Assembly (NCBI GenBank): GCA_037447605.1
Contig: CM074810.1
Span: forward strand, 1,522,880 to 1,586,879
From: Zygnema circumcarinatum SAG 698-1b
Taxonomy: Eukaryota; Plantae; Zygnematophyceae
Reading direction: 5' to 3'
Length of the DNA stretch: 64,000 nucleotides
In this document: positions 24,901 to 36,100 of the stretch, piece by piece
How the letters are laid out: the number at the start of each line of letters is the position of its first letter
How positions within the stretch are numbered: the stretch's first letter is position 1
Program-made: the position numbers and the translations under genes
The notes under the pieces: model-generated
What the model was told of the DNA's origin: nothing
The model's input: the letters and a program-made list of their open reading frames with translations, nothing else
The model's database searches: none

Positions 24901-27900
24901 NNNNNGAGGGGGGGAAGGGGGAGGATGGGGGAGGGGGGAAGGGGGGAATTGGGAGGATGGGGGAAGGGGGAAGGGGGAGCTTGTATAGACCGTAAAAGTA
25001 AAAGTTTTCGAGTGTTTAAGGAGATTAGAGTTTCTTTGATGTCATTTTTCGGTTGAAGGCTTTTAAGATTTTGAGCGGCTTTCTTTGATTCTGAGCTGGT
25101 TTCTTTTATGTACATTCTGAAATTCTTTAATTTCCCTTTTCCTTTTTCATGTATATACAGTACCTGAAGGAGCAGGCGTGGCTAGTAACGGGAGAGCCCT
25201 CTTCTCTCCCAAATGGAGAGTCGGAGTCAGAATGGTCTTCAAGCGCAAGTGATGAATCTGAAGACATAGACTCAGCATCAGATGCAGAGCCTCAAAATTC
25301 ATCCAATAGTAACGGAGCAGCTACTGCTAGTAGAAGTAGCCCTCCCTTGGAAAAATCCACTCAATCTGTGGGAGGGCTTCCTCGTGGTTTCGATGCCGCT
25401 CGGGAGAAGGGGTTAGAACGACAAGAAGATTTGAAGGCTTCTCCCTCTACTAGTGCGGGAGAGGTGGAGGTGCAGAATATAGAGGAAGAAGCAGAACTTA
25501 GAAACCCATCAAGCTCTCCTCCTGTGGGAGAGAGAGAGTCGGAGGAGGAGATGACGAGGAGACTAATTGGAGAGCCTGGACCTCTCTCTCTCTCTCTCTC
25601 CCTCTCCCCTACCCGGAATGGTAAACATAATCAAGCAGCAGAGGCTTTATCTATGGAAGTTGCGTGGGATCCCGGTTCAAAGCAGAGGCAATTACAGCGG
25701 GAATATTTGACAGACCCGGCTGTCCGAAAAGCAGTAGAGGGATTTGTTAGCTGGCAGACAAAAATGGTGATGACGTGGCAGGAAGGGAGTGGGAAGACCG
25801 TACAGTGGCTCAGTGTGAACTGCTTGGATAGGACAGGTATGTGAAGGGAATACCCTATCATTTTGAACTCGAATTATGAGTCGGAAACCCTAAATTGGTA
25901 TGCTGTAATGGCTTTGCTGGCTTCAATTTGAATCTGTTTTGGGTTTTCAGTTTTCTGGGGTTGGCATGCTTGTGATCCATTGTTACATGTGAGATTAGGT
26001 TGGGCATAAATTGGATGTAAATCATAGTTACAAATGCACTCATATGCAGCATATGGAGTTTTGGGGCTGACAAGTTTAGGGAGGGGCTTTAAAGATTTTG
26101 CAGGTTTTAGCTTTTTTAGACTTTAGATGTAATTTTTTTCTTTTTCTGAACAAACGATGGTGTGATGTATGCAGGGTTGTTAGCAGAGGTTTCCGGAATC
26201 CTTACTGGAGCCGGCCTCCTTATCNNNNNNNNNNGGGGAGGATGGGGGAGGGGGGAAGGGGGGAATTGGGAGGATGGGGGAAGGGGGAAGGGGGAGCTTG
26301 TATAGACCGTAAAAGTAAAAGTTTTCGAGTGTTTAAGGAGATTAGAGTTTCTTTGATGTCATTTTTCGGTTGAAGGCTTTTAAGATTTTGAGCGGCTTTC
26401 TTTGATTCTGAGCTGGTTTCTTTTATGTACATTCTGAAATTCTTTAATTTCCCTTTTCCTTTTTCATGTATATACAGTACCTGAAGGAGCAGGCGTGGCT
26501 AGTAACGGGAGAGCCCTCTTCTCTCCCAAATGGAGAGTCGGAGTCAGAATGGTCTTCAAGCGCAAGTGATGAATCTGAAGACATAGACTCAGCATCAGAT
26601 GCAGAGCCTCAAAATTCATCCAATAGTAACGGAGCAGCTACTGCTAGTAGAAGTAGCCCTCCCTTGGAAAAATCCACTCAATCTGTGGGAGGGCTTCCTC
26701 GTGGTTTCGATGCCGCTCGGGAGAAGGGGTTAGAACGACAAGAAGATTTGAAGGCTTCTCCCTCTACTAGTGCGGGAGAGGTGGAGGTGCAGAATATAGA
26801 GGAAGAAGCAGAACTTAGAAACCCATCAAGCTCTCCTCCTGTGGGAGAGAGAGAGTCGGAGGAGGAGATGACGAGGAGACTAATTGGAGAGCCTGGACCT
26901 CTCTCTCTCTCTCTCTCCCTCTCCCCTACCCGGAATGGTAAACATAATCAAGCAGCAGAGGCTTTATCTATGGAAGTTGCGTGGGATCCCGGTTCAAAGC
27001 AGAGGCAATTACAGCGGGAATATTTGACAGACCCGGCTGTCCGAAAAGCAGTAGAGGGATTTGTTAGCTGGCAGACAAAAATGGTGATGACGTGGCAGGA
27101 AGGGAGTGGGAAGACCGTACAGTGGCTCAGTGTGAACTGCTTGGATAGGACAGGTATGTGAAGGGAATACCCTATCATTTTGAACTCGAATTATGAGTCG
27201 GAAACCCTAAATTGGTATGCTGTAATGGCTTTGCTGGCTTCAATTTGAATCTGTTTTGGGTTTTCAGTTTTCTGGGGTTGGCATGCTTGTGATCCATTGT
27301 TACATGTGAGATTAGGTTGGGCATAAATTGGATGTAAATCATAGTTACAAATGCACTCATATGCAGCATATGGAGTTTTGGGGCTGACAAGTTTAGGGAG
27401 GGGCTTTAAAGATTTTGCAGGTTTTAGCTTTTTTAGACTTTAGATGTAATTTTTTTCTTTTTCTGAACAAACGATGGTGTGATGTATGCAGGGTTGTTAG
27501 CAGAGGTTTCCGGAATCCTTACTGGAGCCGGCCTCCTTATCTGCACTCACGCGGTAAGATCTCTTTCTCCCTCTCTCTCTCTCTCCCTCTCTCCCCCTCT
27601 CTCTCATCAAGAGCTGTTTAGTTTCAGAGAGGGGTCTTTAGAATTTTTGTTACATGCTTTCTAGTTTACAGTTTACTAGGTTTCAGTTTTCTAGTTTGTA
27701 GATGGGAATGCAATATCATTCGCTGGTTTGGAATCAAACGATCCGCATCTAATGGTGGATGCTACTGTTTAATTCTGTTTAAATTCTGTTTGGGTTCTAT
27801 GCAGGGCCGGACTCATCGGCAAATGGGGTTGGGAGTGATGTTGTTTGAGGTGGAGGGATTCCACGTGGAGGATTTGGTGAGTTTCCAATACACATCCCTT

Positions 27901-28145
27901 GCCGAAAGACTTTATTGAACTAGAATTGTTGGATTTTAGCAAGCAGTTTTTTAGGGTGTTGAAATGAACTCATTTTCTGAGAGTGAGGGAGGGAGGGAGA
28001 GTGAGTTTTTCAAAGCACATTTTGACAGACCCTGTTTCATGGGCTGCAGAATTTCGTGTGCGAGCGGCTTTCTGTGGTGGAAGGCGTTCTCAGCTTCTCG
28101 TTGGGCTGCACGTGGCAGCCTCCTCCTCCTCCTCCCTCCTCGTAG
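16525..28145 (+). CDS. RSH1: Long RelA/SpoT homolog, plant RSH1 type (HD hydrolase, (p)ppGpp synthetase, TGS, ACT); start exon not identified
   Basis: Exons: 16525-16684, 17381-17587, 17999-18064, 18373-18465, 18712-18843, 19273-19374, 19898-19975, 20118-20189, 20516-20623, 21039-21136, 21611-21671, 22050-22100, 22404-22460, 22747-22848, 23126-23515, 23659-23790, 24084-24170, 24500-24571, [one exon probably in the gap at 24896-24905], 25161-25836 (duplicated at 26478-27153), 27492-27553, 27805-27876, 28050-28145. Motifs: AHDGQKRKSGEPYIIHP, AGLLHDTVEDT, IVKLADRLHNMRTL, KDYIATPKPNGYQSLHT, VFVFTPKGE, NLPKGATVVDYAY, ACT-like GLLAEVSGIL. Confidence 0.95.
24918..27541 (+). other. Apparently identical 1,307-bp direct duplication across a 10-N join (probable unmerged contig overlap)
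   Basis: 24918-26224 matches 26235-27541 (offset 1,317 = 1,307 + 10 N). The ORF translations of both copies are identical, and copy 1 stops mid-exon exactly at the gap. Confidence 0.85.
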
Positions 28146-28403
28146 CTTTAGGGGCTTCTACTTCCTCCCGCCCCTTCCCTCGCTTGCTTCTCCATTTTTC
28201 TTCAGTTTTGGGCAGCTGCCCAATCATATAATATTATGAATTTTAGGATTTTTAGGGTTTCAACCTTCGGGTTGAAAGGATTTGCAAAGGCAAGTAGTAT
28301 TCGGCTCTCATCGGTTCAGCGTAGGAATTCGTACGCCCTCTCTGAGAGGTCATAGGAGACCGAAATGGAGATGGAGGCGAGGGAGGTGGAGATAATGGAG
28401 GCG

Positions 28404-28448
<45 letters not shown>

Positions 28449-29563
28449 AGGGGGGAGGGAGAGGGAATACTGCCTTAGCCACTTTCAATTGCTTGCTGAA
28501 TTTTATATGAGGTCACCGCCAAACGGGCAGTTGTGCAAATGTGATCGTATGGAAGTGCTTTTTTTTGTGAGCTCCCTTTTTGTTACTGGGTGATGCGTTA
28601 ACGGGATTCTTAGCCGCAGATTTATACTAAATCAGAAAATCGGAGTCTTGGTGCTACGACTTCCGAAAATATTCCTAAATAGACGTCTTCGTGGCATCGC
28701 CATCGTGAGATCAATGCCACATCTCTCCTCTCCATGCCATTGAAATATGTGGCAATGTTTGGCTAACACGAGCCACTGGTTTTGCATTTGCTCTTGTTTC
28801 AATTGCTCCTTGGCTTGGAGATGGCTCAGTTCTCCAATGAGTGAGTGCAATGGCACGCTCGCGTGAAGCTTGAAGGTCTGCTCGTGATGAGTCCTTACTA
28901 TGTGGGCATTCAGTAAGATAAATCCGCCTTATCTAAAAACCCTAAAAATCCTATTCAGCTTTCAAAGACGATCGATCAGTGGCTGACAGCTTTTCAAAAC
29001 CTGAGGGGGCTGAACCCCCCCTGGGTCCGCCAGTGTTCGAGAGTCCTTCTGAAGAACACTTCCGCTAGAAAGTCAAAGTTTCGGTCAGACTTTGTTTATA
29101 AGGTTTCGTTGCCGCATTGTTCGCCTGCTCTCATTCTCCGATCCATGCAACAATTTGAAAGTTTTGGACAGCAGAATGGCTGGTGGCAGATTTGCTAGTA
29201 GGGTCCACCATTATCTTGCCATAATATAAAAATCACAAAATTCTTTAGTGAGAATACAGATATTTACACCACAAATTGAGCCTATGGCTTCGATCCCCTT
29301 ACGCCGAGCCCTACGCTCCCATCTACTCAACTGTTATAGTGTGTTTGCAGGATTTCGAAGGTCAGTATCTACTCCTTTGACAACGAACAAAGCATGGCAA
29401 CTGCTGCATTTCTAGAAATCTGCTTTGTACAAAACTGCATGCCAGTTCAATAAAAAATGCTCTAAGCGCTACATGGTCAAAAATGCAGAAAGAGTCTCTA
29501 AGTTGTGCACTCAAGGAGCCCCTAGAATTGGCCGCCCAGGTATCCTCCCGAAGTTCAAATAGT

Positions 29564-32500
29564 CTAGTTGCAATCGTAGGGGAGTAAGGAGCCCCAGGAA
29601 GGACCGACCTTCACATTCACTCGGAGAGGCACTGCGGAGCAAAGCCATGAAATTAGAGACAAAGTTAGGGGGGAAGGGGGATGGGGGAGGGGGAAGTGGG
29701 GAGGGGGGAGGGGGAGCTACTAATGGTTTGAGACTGTTAATTGACAACATCTAAAAAACATTGCCGTATTTGTATAGCCAGGAAACGATTGATAAAGAAA
29801 TGAAGTTAAGCGTTCCCACCTCGCAACTGAGCAGCGTTTTCCATGCATCTGCAGAGGAGCTGTGCAGCTTGAGGAAGGGCGGCAGGGTGGACCTCCAACA
29901 GCAGCTCATCGTGGATCTGCAGATCAATCAGAAGGTCCCAATTTCCACCTTCAGGTCCACCATTGGCAGCTAAACTAGAAGTGACTGACAAGCTGGCAAA
30001 TGGCACATAGGAAAACAAGAGAGAGAGGAGGGAGAAAGAACGAAAAAGGAGATAGAAGTAAGAGAACAGGGACAGGGGGATAGAGAGAGAGTGAGAGAGA
30101 GAGAGAGATCCAATCTCACCTGTAATAATAGTGCACATCTTCCTACTAGAGCTGATGTAGTTCTCTCCGCCACTTCCATGCCTCCCTCTCTCACTCCCAC
30201 ACTGGCTGAGGGGGCGTGACGTGACCCACTGATGACTGAATGCAAGTTAATCATGGCGCGCTTAATCAAATCTGCAGCGGAGCCCTGCACTCGAAAACAT
30301 TAACCCAAATTTGATGAGTACATTGACATGCCACTTCAAACATCTAGTATAGAAAACATTCCTCGCAACTTTAAGGGTTCCAAACTCCCTCTCCCACTTG
30401 CTCTTTCTCTCCATCTCTTTGTCCCTCTCCCTCTCTCTCTCTATGGCCTTCAAGAACCAGGCTAAAGAAAAAGTGCAAGAGAATACAAAGAAAAACAAAA
30501 CCCATTTTAAGTTTGATGATTGAGCATCTCCATTCTCCGTCGAGAAAAGAAGAAACCCAGCAACCGAAGACCGTACAAATCCCTCAAAACCTGAAACCGC
30601 AGTGAGGGAGTTTCTCGAAACTCCAAAAACTTGAAACTTGAAACTTTGAAACTTGGTGGGCCGCTTCCTAACCAGTTTTCATGTCCTTTACCCATTTGTA
30701 CCCCAACTCCCATACCTGACAAATGGAATTTACTGCTTGCCGAGATGCTTGAGCTTGATCTTTTCGGTTCGAATTGTTTATTTTCTCGAGATATCGCCTA
30801 CGTCCTGCCAGAGTGCAGATGTATCTGTAAACACGAAGAAAACAATTTTTAGAGTTTATAGTAATAAGTTTACGACTTTAAGAGCTTTAAAAAACGAGCA
30901 GAATTTTTTTATTTCAGAATACATAGCTTCTCACTATCCGATTCCGTAATTTTTACTCTGAAAGTTTACAATCTCAGAAGTTATAAAATTTCTAGAGATT
31001 CAATGGGAAAAATTTCCACTTCTTTTCTTCTTCACTTCTTTCACTTCACTTTCTTCTTTTCTTCTTCTTCTTCTTCTTTCTTTCTTTTTTCGTCTTCGTT
31101 TTTCTTCTTCTTTCCATTTCAAATTTGCACTTCTATGGACTTCCATACTTTCAAGGATTTTCATTCCTTGGGATTTTAGGCTGTCCAGAATTTCAAGGGT
31201 TTCCCCTAGGGAGGGGCGAGAGAGAGAACACAGGGAGGGGGAGGAGAGGCAGAGAAAAGGAAACGGGCGAGAGGAAACGGAAAGGACAGGGCGGACGGAA
31301 GAAGAGTGAGAGACAAGAGGAAGAGAAAAAGGAGTTGACGAGGAAAGAAAGCGGAGAGGGTCGGGGAAGAAAGCGAGAGAGAAGGGGGTAGAGAGGAAAG
31401 AGTGAGGAGAGGGAGGGAAGGTAGAGAGGGAGAGAGAGGGGAAAGAGTAGGAGAAGAGAGAGGGGGAGTGTTCTTGGTCTCACCCCTTCCTCTTGCAGCC
31501 CTCTACCACCTCCTCCATCCACTTCGCCACTAACGGAAATGCTTCCAAAAACTTCCGTCGATATGTGGTTGCCTCCTCCACTCCACACTCCATACTCTCT
31601 CCCAGAGCTGCCTCTCCCATTCCGTACAGTATTCCGTACACCAGCCGCTTCGTTCTCTCCCGCTGCTGTGACGTCACAGAGGCTTCCGCTAAGCCCCCCC
31701 ACTTGGCAGCTACCATTCGGAAGAGGTCTCCCTCAGGGTGGGAGAGGAGGTGAAGGAGGGAGGGATCACGGGAGAAGTGTGCCATCATTCGGATTTCAAT
31801 TTGAGAGTAGTCCGCTGAGAGCAGCAGCCATCCTTTCTGCAAGGCGAAAAAATTAGGGTTTTGAAAATTTAGGGTTTTTTGGGGTTTGGGGTTTTAGGAT
31901 TTTGTCAAAAACGAGAGAAGTTTCAAGGTTTCCGACAAAGACAAACCCCCTTCAACTTAAAAAATGTACGGCAGTTCTTTGCGGCGGAATTCGTCACCTC
32001 TGATGGCACGAAAATGTCACGGGGATGTATGGACAGCCGTTCAGTTCCGTTAAACTGTGCGCTTGGAACTCCGTTTTTGGTCTCCGCAGCATCGAGAAGG
32101 AAGCTGACCTCCTTCTCCACACACTGATTCCATGCGGCACCGCTTTCAATTTAGGATTTAGGGTTTCAGGGTTAGGTCTTAAAATGGTCTACGGTTTGGA
32201 GTTCAAGGAATTATAGGGCAGAATCAACCATACCCAGCCTCCTATACACAACAAGAGAGTGGGGGGGAGAGCGAGAGGGAGAGGGCGAGGGAGCGGGAGA
32301 GGGAGCGGGAGGCGGAGCGGGAGCGGGGGATGGAGAGAACGAAGGAGAGAGAGGGAGAAGGAGAGAGAGGGCGAGGGACGGGGAGGAAAAGGGAGAGGGA
32401 GAGGGAGAGGGAAAGGGAGGAGAAGAGGGAGAGGCCGAGGGAGAGGGCGAGGAAGAGGGAGAGGGAGAGGAGAGGGAGAGGGAGAGGGAGAGGGCGAGGG

Positions 32501-33138
32501 AGAGGAAGGGAGATAGACATAGAAAGAGAGAGAGAGAGACTGTACTTGTAAGTTGGGCTCCTCCATTGCCAATCTCCCCGTGGAAGTCGAAGTTTGCAGC
32601 CACTTTCCGTAAATGCAATGCGTAGCTCCACTTAACTTCATTTTCTCCACATCCCAATTGTCCCTTTTTATCCCATTTACACCCATCTCACTTAAATTCG
32701 GCTCAACTTCTCCGCCAGTTCTTTCCTCTTCCTCCACAAGTGCTCCGGAATCTGTGGTAATCTTCGAATGTGACGGATTTTTCCACATAGAAACGCTGCT
32801 CCCAGAGAGAGGGATAGCCTTTGACTGGATGGGAGAGAGAGTGGATGAGAGCAGGTTTGAGAGACGGCGATGTTCAGAAATTACTTCTGCAATGGGGTGC
32901 TGCTCTCTGCCATTACAACATAAAACAAAAATTAATTAGAATTGAAAAAGGTTACGTTTTCTTAGCAGTAATGACCTTGGACTCCGAAAGTCATACACGT
33001 CATATGAGTTGAGAAGAATGGAAACCCTAAGAGCCACAAAAATTGAACTCTGAGTTCTTGCAAGCGGATGGGAGAAATTCTGTCGATTCGTAGTGTTTCA
33101 TCACCTAACGTTTGGGACATTTTATGACTTGAAGTCTC

Positions 33139-33173
<35 letters not shown>

Positions 33174-36100
33174 CTCTCTCTCAAACACTGAAGCATTAGG
33201 GTGTCTGCTGGCTGAATCAAACAAATCCGATTAGCAAACTCAAGTAGCAGAAGGGAAACAAGAGGCGCAAAAGGGAGAAAAAAATAAAGGAAGGGATGCC
33301 TTTCCAAAAAGGAATTTCTACGGGAATTTGAGCTCTCTCTACTAGGGAAATTTGAGGACTTACTTCAACAATTTGAGAGCCGGCTTGCCTGTACTTGGAT
33401 GCCTCCCTTTCCCTGCTCCGGGCGGCAAAGGAAGCTTCATTTTATAGTACAATATTCGAGCCACATCCGCTGGAGAATGTAAGGAAAACTCTTCTCCCGC
33501 AAGAAGACAAGCTCGAGCTTCGAGAGCTTTCAACTTCTCTTCTAAAACTCGGCGATCATGAAATAATTTGATCATGTTGATGCCAAATCCGCACAACTCC
33601 ATACTCGCCAAGACATTCACCTTCATTAAAGTGTCACGCAATTGAAGGGTTTCAGGGAGATAAGGGCTCAGGGTTGGATTTTAGGCTCTCAGGGATTTTA
33701 GGGTTCTTGAGGCAAAGGGGCTTTCAGCTACTTGATGTTAGAGTGGAATTGACTTCTTTTTGGCCCACTTTCAGCCTTCATAAAGCATACTTTTCCTTAC
33801 GCATACTTTTCACACATTTCAGGCTTCACTTCAGGCTTACTTCGGCACCTACTTCACCTCCCTAGCACTCGTACTTCAACCCTACCTCAAAAACCCTTTT
33901 TGCCCAACATTCAACCTCCTCTTACTTCCGTCCCTCTCCGCCCTCCCCCCTCCTCCCCCCTCCTCCCCCCTCCCTTCCCTCCCACTGATTTCCCACATCT
34001 AACCCTAATTCTCAACCTACCTCTAAAAACCTTCTTTTCGCCCAACATTTAACCTCCACTTACTTCCCCCACCCTCTCCCCCTGTCCTCCCACTGATTTC
34101 CCACGTCTAACCCTAATTCTCCTAGCCCTAATCTGGCTCCTCCCTCCCTCCCTCCCTCCCTCCTCCTCCCTCCCTCCCTCCCTCCCTCCTCCCTCCCTCC
34201 TCCTCCCTCCTCCTCCCTCCCTCCCTCTCCCTCCTCCTCCTCCTCCCTCCCTCCCTCCCTCCCTCCCTCCCTCCTCCCTCCTCCTCCTCCTCCCTCCCTC
34301 CCTCCCTCCCTCCCTCCCTCCCTCCCTCCTCCCTCCCTCCCTCCCTCCTCCCTCCCTCCCTCCCTCCCTCCCCAACTCCCTCCCTCCCTCCTTACCAGCG
34401 GCATTTCCAATAAAAAAAAGGGCTCTTCCAGCCCCTCCAAGTACAGCAGCTTCCCCCCCCCCGCCCCCCACAGCTCTCTCGTCTGCGCCGCCCTCCTGCA
34501 TGCCCCGTCTGCCGCCGCCCGCCGAAGGGCCCCCCCGCGACCCGCCCACCGCCCTGCGCGCTGCGCGGCCGCCGCTGCCTCCGCCGGAAGCTTCTTCTTT
34601 ACCGCCTGGCGATGGTAGGGTTTAGGGTTTAGGGTTTAGGGTTTGGGGTTTGGGGTTTGGAGTTTGGGGTTTGGGGTTTGGGGTTTGGGGTTTGGGGTTT
34701 GGGGTTTGGGGTTTGGGGTTTGGGGTTTGGAGTTTGGGGTTTGGGGTTTGGGGTTTGGGGTTTGGGGTTTAGGGTTTGGGGTTTGGGGTTTGGGGTTTAG
34801 TGTTTGGGGTTTTGAAGTTTCGGGTTTAGGGTTTTTAGGGTTTTACGGATGAAGGGTTTTGAGTTGTAGGGTTTTGGGTTGATTTAAGTTTTAAAATTAG
34901 GGTTTTTAGGGTTCTTAGGGTTTTTAGGGTTTTTCATTTCCCTCAAAAGGCTAACCGTCACCCTTAGGAAAGGCGTGGCTTCACCTGCTCCAAAGTGAGC
35001 AGCTTTTCACTCTCCTCCTCCGGCGAGAGGATCCACGCCAAAATGCGAACATCCACAAGTGGATCCGCCAAGTGGATCGCCTCCAACCTCATTACCTCTA
35101 CCTCTCCTTCATGCCTCCCTCCTACCCCATCCCCCTCCTCCCCCTTCAATTTCTCCCCCTCCCCTGCATCAAGTCTAGACTTTTCATGCTTCCTCCTCTC
35201 GCCCATCACTACTGCCCCCTCTTCTCTCCCCTCTCCGGGAAGACAAGTTTTTTCCCCTTCCATCGCCTGCTTGCTCAAAAGCTTTCCAGAGATTTTCGGC
35301 ACTTTGCTTCTTCTTAAGCATGCATGACTCAAGGCTTTCGTCTGCTCCTTCAAATCCCATCCTGCCTTTTTCGTCCCTTCCTTAGTCAATATTTCTGCCA
35401 TTGCCTTCCACCTTTCAGCCCCTTCACTCTCTCTCCTGCTTTCTTCCCAACTCTCTCTCGAACCACCCTGTAGTCCATCCTCTCTATCAAATTGAGACGT
35501 TTCAGTACCCAACGATGCATGCGCTCCCCGTTCTCCCTCCCCTTGTCTCTCTCCTCTCTCCCTCTGACTACCTCTCTCCCTTCTTCTCCTTCCCGCCTTT
35601 AAGATAGGGAAGTAATAGACTGGAGACCCCTCCCAGCAAACTGCAACACCCTCTACTATCCACACAGCCTCCTTTCCATGTCCAGTCCGTTTTCCTAAAT
35701 GAAAATCGAACACAAATTCAGAAACATTTGACCACATAGACATAAATTTTACAAACCCACCCTCCATCTTATCCACATCTATGGGGCCTCCCTTCCGCTT
35801 GTAGAAGAGGTCTCCTTTCTCTTCAGTCTGTAAGTGAGGGGTCTGCACTTTCTTCATAACTTCTTCTCCCGCAAATTGCGAGTCTCCCCTCACTCTATTC
35901 AGAATTCCCTCTACAGCTCCAACTTCACAAATTGGCTCCTCTTTCCTCCCACTCTCACCTTCACCACTCGTCACATGATTAGGGTTTTCGGAAAAACTAG
36001 GGTTTCTAAGCTCTTTAGGTATTTCGACAGAATTAGGGTTCAGAGCAACACCAAACGAAGCCTCGTTTCCTGCCAATCTTTCATCTACAACTCCTTTCTT

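Noticed and set aside
24918-27541. Tandem exon duplication within RSH1
   Set aside because: The copies look identical, meet exactly at a 10-N join, and copy 1 breaks mid-exon. The same pattern appears at other joins, so this is an unmerged contig overlap.
28632-28856. 74-aa ORF between RSH1 and POLQ
   Set aside because: No recognisable motif or splice context.
28977-29035. Tiny hAT-like TIR pair (CAGTGGCTGAC / GTCCGCCAGTG)
   Set aside because: Only 9/11 match over a 59-bp span with no 8-bp TSD; too weak.
29280-29340. tRNA/SINE-like relic on the - strand (GGATCGAAGCC)
   Set aside because: Degenerate boxes, no cloverleaf, no poly-A/T tail or TSD.
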